Source: a bacterium (GTDB lineage Bacteria; Zhuqueibacterota; Zhuqueibacteria; Zhuqueibacterales; Zhuqueibacteraceae). Taken from it: a stretch of DNA of 29,758 nt. Position 1 is the first letter of the stretch. Each line of letters starts with the position of its first letter. Location: NCBI GenBank assembly GCA_044869275.1, contig JBIOXB010000019.1, forward strand, positions 1 to 29,758. Direction: 5' to 3'. A program made the position numbers and the translations under genes. The notes under the pieces are model-generated. The model was not told the origin of the DNA and searched no databases. It saw only the letters and a program-made list of their open reading frames with translations. Below, in pieces: positions 1 through 10,581 of this stretch.

Positions 1-162
1 GAGAGTATTTAAGGTGATGGAATGCTGGGCCCATTTCTCGTTCCAGCGCGCAGCGGTGGAATGCAGGCGATGAGGCTCTGCGTCTGGAAAAGTTAGGCTT
101 TCGCAAGTATTACGAAAGCAAAATGTGATCGGACGAGAGCACATTTTCACCCATTCTGATTC

Positions 163-278
163 AGACTGTGTGAAAACGCTTGGTTTCAACGCCGGCTGAG
201 CTTGTCGAAGCCGGATGCTTGAACTTAGCACCCTTCGACAAGCTCAGGGTGCGGCATTCTCAAATTTTCACACATTCT
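163..278. mobile_element. 116-bp MITE-like element, copy 1
   Basis: Imperfect terminal IRs agactgtgtgaaaa / ttttcacacattct. 5-bp direct flank gattc at 158-162 and 279-283. Internal perfect IR ctgagcttgtcgaag (196-210) / cttcgacaagctcag (233-247). Second copy at 3987-4102. Confidence 0.8.
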
Positions 279-322
279 GATTCCTTCGGAATGACAGGAC
301 CGAGTTTGAAAGTAAAATTGCG

Positions 323-2341
<2,019 letters not shown>

Positions 2342-2538
2342 AGGTTGTTGCCTGAGGAATGTTGTGGTGATGGCCGCGCACTAAACGGCTTGCGATTGCA
2401 TTTCTTGCCACTCGGGCTACCATGGAATCATCTTGCTTGAGGCTTTTCAATAGTTTTACCCGTAATCGTTTTGCCTTCTCAAAAAGAACACCTGAACAGT
2501 TACAAATTCTTCTAAAATTTTCTAAAACGAAGGCACAT

Positions 2539-2973
2539 ATGGGAAGAACGCTCCACGGAGCTCGAATCCTGATCGCGGCGGCCAGCCTGATGATGCTGTC
2601 GGCCCGTACGGCAGCGCAGTGGCTTGCCCCTGGACAGCGCATCCGAGTTACCGCTCCGCAACTCTCCCTGCATCGCCAGCCCGGTCAACTCCAGTGGCTC
2701 GACCGGGACTCCCTCGTACTGGCCGGCGGCTCTCAGCGTTGGGCCGTGCCTCGTGACCTGCTGACGCAAGTCGACTTATCGCGTGGCCACCGCGGCCACC
2801 TCTTCGCGGGGCTCGCCGTCGGCGCGGCGGTCGGCTTTGGGGTCGGAGCGATCCTCTTCCCCCCCAACTCCACCGGCTGTACCGGTTCAGGGGACTATGC
2901 GGAGAACTGTCACTTATATCGGGTAAAAACAGAATCAAGCGGACGCGGCTGTTGCGACAGCAAAAGTCTTTGA
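2539..2973 (+). pseudogene. Exported/membrane hypothetical protein, probably 3'-truncated
   Basis: Signal peptide, then LAPGQRIRV..LDRDSLVL..VDLSRG and a glycine-rich TM segment (GLAVGAAVGFGVG). GC-rich coding pattern ends abruptly near 2920. Confidence 0.5.
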
Positions 2974-3019
2974 AAACTGCAACCTCAACAGCCACATCGA
3001 CTTTCACAAGGGAGCGAGT

Positions 3020-3496
3020 ATGATTTCCTTGGTCAAAACCAAGTCCATAACTCTCCTAGGCACGAAACACATTCTCTGTATCAGCCTCGTCGTCGCCGCG
3101 TCAGTGGCTGCGTTCGCCGCCGGCTCGCCCGACGACGCCAAGGCAGTTCAGGGAAGTTGGACGCCTGCCAAGGCCGAGTTGGGCGGACAGGCCATGCCCA
3201 CCGCTGTCCTGAAGAGCATCAGCCTCAAACTCGAGAAAGGTAAATATGAAGTTTTCGTTGGAGACAAACCTGACAGGGGGACTTATACGATCGATTCCAA
3301 GACCAAGCCCAAGAGCATGACCGTTACCGGCACGGAAGGGCCTAACAGCGGCAAGACTTTCCCAGCGATCTACGAACTCAAAGGCGACACCCTCCGCATC
3401 TGTTACGACCTTTCTGGTGCGAAACGTCCGACAGAGTTCAAAAGTGTCGCGGGGACGCAGCTCTATCTTGTGACCTACAATCGCAAGAAGAAGTAG
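3020..3496 (+). CDS. TIGR03067-like domain exported protein
   Basis: Signal-like N-terminus. Motifs QGSW, GTYTIDSKTKPKSM, AIYELKGDTLRICY, RPTEF. SD-like aaggga upstream. Confidence 0.8.
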   Translation: MISLVKTKSITLLGTKHILCISLVVAASVAAFAAGSPDDAKAVQGSWTPAKAELGGQAMPTAVLKSISLKLEKGKYEVFVGDKPDRGTYTIDSKTKPKSMTVTGTEGPNSGKTFPAIYELKGDTLRICYDLSGAKRPTEFKSVAGTQLYLVTYNRKKK

Positions 3497-3517
3497 CTGT
3501 GGCGGAAGGATAAAACC

Positions 3518-3601
3518 ATGATCGATGCGACTTCACCTGCTTCCACGAGAACCTCGCGAGTCATCAAGGCTTCGCGTGAAGTTCTCAAAAGCCCATCATA
3601 A
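3518..3601 (+). pseudogene. N-terminal stub resembling an SRPBCC/AHSA1-like protein
   Basis: RBS ggaagga, then MIDATSPASTRTSRVIKASRE, which resembles SRPBCC strand 1. Ends after 27 codons. Confidence 0.35.
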
Positions 3602-3930
3602 CGCGGTCTGGGCTCGTCTACACCATCGTCGCGAAGGGATCAGGTGCCGGAGCGCGGATCGGCCAACATGTACTCATCCACGAGACCGCGACGTTTACCG
3701 ATGGCAGGCTTCTATACAGTACGCGCACCGCTGGACAGCCGTTGCGTTTCCTGCTTGGCGGCAAACAGGTGATTGATGGCGTAGACGAAGGCGTGACCGG
3801 GATGAAAGTCGGCGAGCGCCGGCAGATGATCGTACCGCCGGAACTCAGCAAACGGAACACCTATCCGGAGGGGCTGTCGCCCAAAGACACGCTCCATTAT
3901 GACGTTGAGCTGGTTGGCATTGAGCCGTAG
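3580..3930 (+). pseudogene. FKBP-type peptidyl-prolyl isomerase, 5'-truncated
   Basis: Open frame TRSGLVYTIVAKGSG..FLLGGKQVIDGVDEGVTGMKVGERRQMIVPPEL..LHYDVELV. In-frame TGA at 3577-3579 and no ATG/GTG ahead of the domain. Confidence 0.75.
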
Positions 3931-3986
3931 TAGGCCGGCGGCATGACCCGCGTTTTGCAGTCAGTGGGTGACAATAACCAAGATTC

Positions 3987-4102
3987 AGGCTGTGTGAAAG
4001 CGACTGGTTTCAACGCCGGCTGAGCTTGTCGAAGCCGGATTTTTGAACTTAGCACCCTTCGACAAGCTCAGGGTGCGGCATTCCAAAGTTTTCACACAGG
4101 CT
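3987..4102. mobile_element. 116-bp MITE-like element, copy 2
   Basis: About 11 mismatches to 163-278 by manual alignment. IRs aggctgtgtgaaa / tttcacacaggct. gattc flanks at 3982-3986 and 4103-4107. Confidence 0.8.
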
Positions 4103-4230
4103 GATTCCTCCTGGATGACAGGAACGGTGCGCGATTCGCTTCACGTCGTAGCGATAAGTATGACGACAGACATTTCGCCACTCGCGTGGCTATAACAGGA
4201 ATTTTTTTTTCATCAATGCAGGATTCGTGC

Positions 4231-5172
4231 ATGACAGGCTATTTCCTCGAAGTCGCGCAAGTAATCTTGGCGCTGGCGCTCGCGCCCGGGCTGGTGGGAT
4301 TCACGCGCTGGGTCAAAGCGCGGCTGCAAAATCGTCGCGGCGCGGCGCCGTGGCAGCCGTATTTCGAGCTGCGCAAATTGTTCGGCAAGGAAGTGGTGAT
4401 GTCGAACAATGCCTCGTGGCTGTTTCGCTTTGCGCCCTACCTGGTGTTCAGCAGCACGGTAGCCGTGGCCCTCATTATCCCGTTCTTTTTTGTGCCACTA
4501 CCATTCGACGCGGTGGGTGATTTGTTGGCCGTGGTTTATTTGCTGCTCTTGGGCACCTTCTTCCTCGCGCTCGCGGGTCTCGACCCCGGCACCGCCTTCG
4601 GCGGCATGGGCGCCAGTCGGGAAATGACCGTCGCAGCCATTGCCGAGCCGACCATTGCCTTGTCCATCTTTGGTCTCGCCCTGGGCGCGGGCTCGACCAA
4701 TCTCGGCCGTATCGTCATGGCCACGCTCGAACATCCCAATGCGGTCATCAATCCCGGCCACGTGCTCGGCTTTGCCGCGCTCTTCATCGTAACGCTGGCC
4801 GAGACCGGGCGGCTGCCGGTGGACAATCCCGCGACGCACCTTGAGCTCACCATGATTCACGAGGCCATGATCTTGGAGTATTCCGGACGCTATCTTGCGC
4901 TCATCGAATGGGCCTCCTGGCTGAAGCTGCTCATCTTCTTCACGCTGCTGTCGAATTTGTTCGTGCCTTGGGGCATCGCAACGGCGCTAAGCCCGGTGGT
5001 GCTCGCTTTTGCATTGTTTACGCTCGTGGTCAAGCTGGCGCTGTTGGCGCTCGCCGTGGCCTTATTGGAAACGCGCATTGCCAAACTACGCCTTTTCCGC
5101 GTGCCGGAGCTGCTGGGCCTGTCGTTCATGCTGGCATTGCTGGCCGTTACCTCTTCGTTTTTGTTGAGATGA
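4231..5172 (+). CDS. hyfC: Hydrogenase-4 component C-like (NuoH/HycD family) membrane subunit
   Basis: KARLQNRRG, WQPYFELRKLFGKE, AFGGMGASRE, AETGRLPVDNPATHLELTMIHEAMILEYSG. ATG 4231 preferred over GTG 4186. Confidence 0.92.
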   Translation: MTGYFLEVAQVILALALAPGLVGFTRWVKARLQNRRGAAPWQPYFELRKLFGKEVVMSNNASWLFRFAPYLVFSSTVAVALIIPFFFVPLPFDAVGDLLAVVYLLLLGTFFLALAGLDPGTAFGGMGASREMTVAAIAEPTIALSIFGLALGAGSTNLGRIVMATLEHPNAVINPGHVLGFAALFIVTLAETGRLPVDNPATHLELTMIHEAMILEYSGRYLALIEWASWLKLLIFFTLLSNLFVPWGIATALSPVVLAFALFTLVVKLALLALAVALLETRIAKLRLFRVPELLGLSFMLALLAVTSSFLLR

Positions 5173-5181
5173 TGTCCATGG

Positions 5182-5243
5182 AAACCCAAAACTCAAAGCA
5201 CAAAATCCAAAGAGCCTTCGAGTTTCTGATTTCGAGTGCTTTG
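5182..5243. repeat. Heptamer-period degenerate palindrome (caaaact/caaagca/caaaatc family)
   Basis: aaacccaaaactcaaagcacaaaatccaaag followed by a degenerate T-rich complementary arm. Same family as 16160-16230 and 22581-22670. Confidence 0.7.
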
Positions 5244-5341
5244 CTAAGAGGGCAAAGATCCTACACGCAATGGACCTAATGGGCAGCATCCCTGACAAAC
5301 AAAGCTGCGATTGCAAGAAAAGAAATGGAAAAGAGGCAAGC

Positions 5342-6004
5342 ATGAAAATCAAAGCAATCATAACCGGAGCGACTGGAATGGTGGGCGAAGGGGTCTTACA
5401 CGAATGTTTACTGCATGACGAAGTGGAAAAAGTATTGGTCATCGGCAGAAGACCTTGCGGCATTGCGCATGCGAAGCTGAAGGAGATTATTCACGATAAT
5501 TTTTATGACCTTTCGGCTGTTGCAGGCCAGCTCACCGGCTGCAACGCTTGCTTCTTTTGTTTGGGTACTTCATCGATTGGGAAAAATGAGGCAGAGTTTT
5601 ACCAGGTGACTTACACGCTGACCATGCACGTGGCTGAGACGCTCAGTAAACATAACCGGGAAATGACTTTTTGTTACATATCGGGAGCCGGCACCGATAG
5701 CACTGAAAAAGGAAAGGCCATGTGGGCAAGGGTGAAGGGCAAAACCGAAAATGATTTAATGAAAATGCCCTTCAAGAAAGTATATGCTTTTCGGCCGGGG
5801 TTTTTACAGCCTACAAAAGGTCTAAAAAACACTCTTGCTCTTTACAAAGTCTTTGGCTGGCTCTATCCTTTGGTGCGCGCAGTTCTTCCCAACCACGTTT
5901 CCACTTTACAAGAGCTGGGGTTGGCAATGATTCATTCTATGACCAAAGGATATGAGAAGCAGGTTCTTGAAGTGAAAGATATAGTGGCCTTGGCCAGAAA
6001 ATAA
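5342..6004 (+). CDS. NAD(P)-binding epimerase/oxidoreductase (atypical SDR)
   Basis: Rossmann motif ITGATGMVG, plus CFFCLG and MWARVKGKTEN. RBS aagagg. AT-richer than the flanking hyf genes. Confidence 0.85.
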   Translation: MKIKAIITGATGMVGEGVLHECLLHDEVEKVLVIGRRPCGIAHAKLKEIIHDNFYDLSAVAGQLTGCNACFFCLGTSSIGKNEAEFYQVTYTLTMHVAETLSKHNREMTFCYISGAGTDSTEKGKAMWARVKGKTENDLMKMPFKKVYAFRPGFLQPTKGLKNTLALYKVFGWLYPLVRAVLPNHVSTLQELGLAMIHSMTKGYEKQVLEVKDIVALARK

Positions 6005-6035
6005 AACAGCAACTGAAATGAGGAGACTTGTATTC

Positions 6036-6698
6036 ATGAGCAGCGCCCTCTTCACACAACTTTCCACGCTCGGCGCGAGCCTGGTGTTATTGTTCGGCAT
6101 GACGCTGTTGTGGCGACGCAGCCTGGGTTCCTACATCAATGCCTTTCGCTGGCAATCGATCATGCTCACCCTGCTGTTCGTCATCATCGGCTATGGTGGC
6201 AACGATCACGAGTTGTATTACGTGGCGGTCTTCTTCTTCGTGCTCAAAGTGTTGATCATGCCACGCTATCTGCAACGCTTGCAGGCCAGGATCGGCGCGT
6301 CGCGCGAGATCGAGCCGTATGTGAACGTCGCCACTTCGCTCATCATCGCCGGGCTGCTGGTTCTGCTGGCCTACGCGGTCACCCGGCCGCTGGTGGCGGT
6401 GAGCAGTTTGCCCACGCGCGGCGGCCTGCCGCTCGCGGTGGGACTGATCTTCGTCGGCCTGTTTGTCATCATTACGCGCAAAAAGGCGCTGACGCAAGTC
6501 GTCGGTTTTCTCGTGCTGGAAAATGGCATCGCCATGCTGGCAGTGCTTGCCACCTACGGCATCCCGCTGATCATCGAGCTCGGCGTCTTTCTCGACGTGC
6601 TCATGGGATTTCTGGTGATGCAGGTCTTCGTCTATCACATTCACAGCACCTTCGAGACGATCGATGTGGATAGGTTGAATCAGCTCAAACATTCGTAA
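6036..6698 (+). CDS. hyfE: Hydrogenase-4 component E-like membrane subunit
   Basis: Hydrophobic, about 220 aa. RKKALTQVVGFLVLENGI, ELGVFLDV, IDVDRLNQLK. RBS aggaga. Confidence 0.88.
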   Translation: MSSALFTQLSTLGASLVLLFGMTLLWRRSLGSYINAFRWQSIMLTLLFVIIGYGGNDHELYYVAVFFFVLKVLIMPRYLQRLQARIGASREIEPYVNVATSLIIAGLLVLLAYAVTRPLVAVSSLPTRGGLPLAVGLIFVGLFVIITRKKALTQVVGFLVLENGIAMLAVLATYGIPLIIELGVFLDVLMGFLVMQVFVYHIHSTFETIDVDRLNQLKHS

Positions 6699-6705
6699 AA
6701 ACGAA

Positions 6706-8187
6706 ATGACTTTCTTCTTTCTGCTCTTGCCTCCGGTACTGGCCGCGCTCGTGGCTTTGGCCGTGCGGCCTTATCGCACCATTGTCGGCTGGACCAGTGC
6801 TTTGCTTTCGCTCCTGCCCTTGGGCGCGGCGTTGGCATTTGCCCAACACGCCGTTGCCGGTGAGGCCGCGCCGGTCATGAGCTTGGTGCTGGGCACGTTC
6901 AAGCTCAAAGAAGTGTTGCGTGCGGACAGCCTTTCGGCCTTGTTGTTCGTTTGCGTCGCCGCCGTCGCCAGCCTCGTGCTCTGGCTCGGTCCCGGCCTCG
7001 GCGGTGACACGCAATATCAGCCCCGGCAGTTGCGCCGCTATCATGTTGCCGTCAATTTGTTGATTGCCGCCATGTTGCTCGCGGTTTCGGCCAACAACGT
7101 CGGCATCATGTGGATCGCCATCGAAGCCACGACCATCTCCTCCGCCTTCCTCATTCCGCTCGAGCTTACCGCCGCTTCGGTGGAGGCCTCGTGGAAATAT
7201 ATTCTCATCGGCTCGGTGGGCATCGCACTCGCCTTTGCCGGCACGGTGCTGGCCTATTTCGATTTCGTCGCGCTCGCCGGCCGCGCCGAGGATGCATTGA
7301 ATTGGACCGTATTGCTGACGAGCGCGCCCGCGTTGCATCCCGAAGTCGTGCGGCTCGCGTTCATTTTCCTGCTCATCGGGTACGGCACGAAAGCGGGCAT
7401 CGCGCCCATGCACACGTGGAAACCGGATGCCTACGGCGAAGCGCCGCCGCCGTTGAGCGCGTTGATGTCCTCGGCTTTGTTTGCGGTCGTCATGTATGCG
7501 GTCGTGCGTTGGAAAGTCGTAGCCGACGCCACGCTGGGAAGCGGCTATACCGATAATCTGCTGCTCGCATTGGGCATGCTCTCCCTCGTCATTGCCGCGT
7601 TCAGCGTGGTGCTGGCGGAGAATTACAAGCGCATGCTGGCGTATTCGAGCATCGAGCACACCGGTCTCATTTGCATGGGGCTCGGGTTGGGGCCGCTCGG
7701 TGCATTCGCCGCTGTGCTGCATCTCGTCAATCACACCGCGGCTAAATCGCTCATGCTTCTGCTCGCCGGCAACATCGAGCGCAGGTATGATTCGCCGCTC
7801 ATTGCCAACGTGCGCGGCTTGCTCAAGACCATGCCGTGGACGGGAGGGCTGTTCGCGGCCACGCTGCTCATGCTCATCGGCCTGCCGCCCGGCGGAATTT
7901 TCATCAGCGAGTTTGCGCTGTTTCGCGCCGGCTTTGCGCTGCAGCGTCCGTGGCTGATGGCCGCAGCGCTCGCATTGTTGACGGTGATCTTCGTTTCTTT
8001 CATTCAACATCTCAATCGCATGCTCTATGGTGCGCCCACGGCAGGTATTGCTTATGGTGAAGTGAGCGGTTTGCGCATCGCGCCGCTATTTCTCGGCATG
8101 GCCGTACTCGTCGTGTTAGGGCTGAGTCTGCCTGCGCCGCTTACTACGTTACTCAATCAGATTGTGGCGATTGTGGCCGGTCCATGA
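6706..8187 (+). CDS. hyfF: Hydrogenase-4 component F-like antiporter-like subunit
   Basis: MWIAIEATT, EASWKYILIGSVGI, GYGTKAGIAPMHTWKPDA, KRMLAYSSIEH, GLPPGGIFISEF. Confidence 0.92.
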   Translation: MTFFFLLLPPVLAALVALAVRPYRTIVGWTSALLSLLPLGAALAFAQHAVAGEAAPVMSLVLGTFKLKEVLRADSLSALLFVCVAAVASLVLWLGPGLGGDTQYQPRQLRRYHVAVNLLIAAMLLAVSANNVGIMWIAIEATTISSAFLIPLELTAASVEASWKYILIGSVGIALAFAGTVLAYFDFVALAGRAEDALNWTVLLTSAPALHPEVVRLAFIFLLIGYGTKAGIAPMHTWKPDAYGEAPPPLSALMSSALFAVVMYAVVRWKVVADATLGSGYTDNLLLALGMLSLVIAAFSVVLAENYKRMLAYSSIEHTGLICMGLGLGPLGAFAAVLHLVNHTAAKSLMLLLAGNIERRYDSPLIANVRGLLKTMPWTGGLFAATLLMLIGLPPGGIFISEFALFRAGFALQRPWLMAAALALLTVIFVSFIQHLNRMLYGAPTAGIAYGEVSGLRIAPLFLGMAVLVVLGLSLPAPLTTLLNQIVAIVAGP

Positions 8188-8198
8188 AAGAATTTCCG

Positions 8199-8225
8199 CC
8201 AACGGATAGATTAAGACCAACGGAT
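8199..8225. repeat. Left 27-bp arm of perfect IR flanking the GxxExxY cassette
   Basis: ccaacggatagattaagaccaacggat is the exact reverse complement of 8932-8958. Confidence 0.9.
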
Positions 8226-8308
8226 TTTATCCATCGAACTTAATCCTATGGATGCGGCCTCTCCGTTGTTTTTTTTGCTGTTTTGGCACGTTTTCGCAAG
8301 GGGGTACT

Positions 8309-8883
8309 GTGACGCTGCTGCACAAAGAGTTGACCTTCGAGCTGAGAAAATGCATGATCGAGGTGCACAACGAAATAGGTGCCGGTTTTGACGAGGAGAC
8401 CTACCATCAAGGTTTATTGCGCCGCTTCATGAAAGTCGGAATACCTTATGTATCAAAGCAACAGCGCGAGGTTACACATCGTGGCGCATCAATCAAAGTA
8501 TTCGAGCTCGACTACTTGGCCGACGATAAAGTTATTATCGAGCTAAAATGTTTGCGTTGCGGTTTCCTGCGCGCTAACTACGTTCAGATTCTTTCGTATC
8601 TCAAGCTTTGGCAGAAGAACTTGGGGCTTTTAGTCAATTGGGGCTTCCCGAGGCTGCAAATAAAGCGGATGTCATTTATGGCGGTGATCTCATTCGTTCG
8701 TTCCCACTTCGGTTTTGGCTGATTGAAAATCAAATTCTATGCGAAATTACTGCCTTGCAGACCAGCATTCTTCCCGAGCATGCCGTTCGGATGCAAACTT
8801 TTCTCAAGTATCTCAAACGCTCGACCGCCGTGATCGTGAATTTTGGTAACAAACACTTAGAACTGCGAGGCGTTCATTACTGA
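8309..8883 (+). pseudogene. GxxExxY (PD-(D/E)xK-like nuclease) protein, tandem-domain form disrupted by a frameshift/deletion
   Basis: GTG after aaggggg. VHNEIGAGFDEETY, LDYLADDKVIIELK, QILSYLK..GLLVNWG, frame ending at 8722. A second C-terminal half (QILCEITA..QTFLKYL..VIVNFG) is in another frame ending at 8883. Confidence 0.8.
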
Positions 8884-8931
8884 GCCTCGCAGTTGGCACC
8901 AGAGTGTAAGATTTCCTCCAACGGATGATGT

Positions 8932-8958
8932 ATCCGTTGGTCTTAATCTATCCGTTGG
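8932..8958. repeat. Right 27-bp arm of perfect IR flanking the GxxExxY cassette
   Basis: atccgttggtcttaatctatccgttgg, preceded by an extra ccaacggat (8918-8926) that forms a local hairpin. Confidence 0.9.
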
Positions 8959-8998
8959 TGAGTTTTTTGTTTTTCCCTACTCTGAAAGCTCAAACGTT

Positions 8999-10579
8999 AT
9001 GCATGATTTCTCCCGTCTGCGCATGCTGCTCGCAGAACACTTCAAAGGCCGCGCCAGCAACCTTCGCGTTGTGCGCGGCAATGAATTGCATCTGCAAATT
9101 CTGCGCGGCAATGCCTCGCGCCTCGCTAAATTTCTGCACCATGAATTTCAGGCCGAGTTGATGCTGATGGTCGCCAACGATCGCCGGCCCGACAAGGGCG
9201 TATTCGAAGTGCACTATCTCTTCGCCCATAATCGCGAGAATTGGTTTGTGCACGCCACCAAAGAGCTGCCGCCCGAGCACGCGACAATTATCTCGATGGC
9301 GACATTCTATTATCCGGCTTCGCGTTTCGAGCGTGAGATCAGGGACCTGTTCGGCATCCAACCCGCCGGCAGTCCCGATCTGCGGCCGCTCGTGCGCCAT
9401 GCGTTCTGGCCGGAAGACTTTCATCCGCTGCGCAAAAACGCCGTGCTGCCGGAGAAATTTGAAGACGATGGCACGCCCTTCCCTTTTCTGCCGGTCGCGG
9501 GTGAAGGCGTTTACGAGATTCCCGTCGGCCCGGTGCATGCCGGCGTCATCGAGCCCGGGCATTTTCGCTTCAGCGTGGTGGGCGAGACCGTTATTGATCT
9601 GAAGATACGTTTATACTTCACGCACAAAGGCACTGAGAAGCTGTTCGAAGGCCGGGCACCCGCAGCCGGTGTGGAATTGGCCGAGCGTATTTCCGGCGAT
9701 ACCACCATCGGCCATGCACTCGCGTATTGCCAGGCACTGGAAAAACTCGCCGGGACTGAAGTGCCGGCGCGCGCGCAATATTTGCGCGTCATTCTTCTGG
9801 AAATGGAACGGCTCTACAATCACGTCGCGGACTTCGGCATGATTGCCAACGACACCGGCTTTGCCGCCGGCCATTCGCATTGCTTCCGCATCCGCGAGCG
9901 CTTGCTGCGATTGAACAAACGCCTTACTGGCAACCGGCTTTTGCGCGGCGGTATCGTTCCCGGCGGTGCCGGACGTGAGCTCCCCGGGGATCTTGACCTC
10001 GCCAGGGAGCTTGACGCCATCATCACAGACTTCGATGAGATCGTCAAAATCAGCCTGGACAACTCTTTGGTGAGAGATCGCTTGGAAGGCACGGGACATT
10101 TGTCCCGCAAGACCGCGTGGGATCATGGGGTGTTGGGTTACGTGGCGCGTGCCTCCGGCATCGACGTGGACGCGCGGCGCGATCATCCTTTTGCCGCATA
10201 TCCCAAGCTGCAATTCAGAGTGCCAGCCTTCGATTCCGGAGACGTGTATGCGCGCACCATGGTACGCGTGCAGGAAGCGCGCGAGTCCGTGGGTATGATC
10301 AAGCAGGCTTTGGCACAAATGCCCTCGGGGCCGCTATCTGTGCCGCTCGGTTCATTGCCGCCTTTTTCGCCGGCGTTCGGCCTGGTCGAAGGTTGGCGCG
10401 GTGCGATTGTGCATTGGGTGATGGTCGACGGTGAAGGCAAGCTCTATCGCGTGAAAGTGAAAGACCCCTCGTTCGTGAATTGGCCCGCGCTTTCGTTCGC
10501 TTTGCTCAAAAATATCGTGCCCGATTTTCCGTTGTGCAACAAGTCTTTCAATCAGTCGTATTCGGGGAATGATTTGTAA
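8999..10579 (+). CDS. hyfG: HyfG/HycE-like large subunit (NuoC+NuoD fusion) of an Ehr complex, lacking NiFe ligands
   Basis: FEREIRDLFGI (NuoC-like), GPVHAGVIEPGHFRF, HKGTEK, EGWRG, KDPSFVNW. L1 site reads RISGDTT and the C-terminus reads SFNQSYSGNDL instead of CxxC motifs. Confidence 0.9.
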   Translation: MHDFSRLRMLLAEHFKGRASNLRVVRGNELHLQILRGNASRLAKFLHHEFQAELMLMVANDRRPDKGVFEVHYLFAHNRENWFVHATKELPPEHATIISMATFYYPASRFEREIRDLFGIQPAGSPDLRPLVRHAFWPEDFHPLRKNAVLPEKFEDDGTPFPFLPVAGEGVYEIPVGPVHAGVIEPGHFRFSVVGETVIDLKIRLYFTHKGTEKLFEGRAPAAGVELAERISGDTTIGHALAYCQALEKLAGTEVPARAQYLRVILLEMERLYNHVADFGMIANDTGFAAGHSHCFRIRERLLRLNKRLTGNRLLRGGIVPGGAGRELPGDLDLARELDAIITDFDEIVKISLDNSLVRDRLEGTGHLSRKTAWDHGVLGYVARASGIDVDARRDHPFAAYPKLQFRVPAFDSGDVYARTMVRVQEARESVGMIKQALAQMPSGPLSVPLGSLPPFSPAFGLVEGWRGAIVHWVMVDGEGKLYRVKVKDPSFVNWPALSFALLKNIVPDFPLCNKSFNQSYSGNDL

Positions 10580-10581
10580 TT

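Noticed and set aside
120..147. CRP/FNR binding site
   Set aside because: The half-site spacing (tgtga-N10-gcaca) does not fit the N6 or N4 consensus.
4202..4210. Poly-T tract as a phase-variation switch for hyfC
   Set aside because: It lies upstream of the likely ATG at 4231, and there is no evidence of length variation.
6685..8010. 441-aa antisense ORF, and similar long shadow ORFs at 20069-21409, 23554-24498, 27481-28392, 17287-18135 and 18949-19800
   Set aside because: They lie opposite well-supported genes, have no recognisable motifs, and are expected from GC-rich codon bias.
8999..10579. Functional [NiFe]-hydrogenase or formate hydrogenlyase
   Set aside because: Both CxxC motifs are absent, and no fdh, hyp or maturation protease genes are present in the window.
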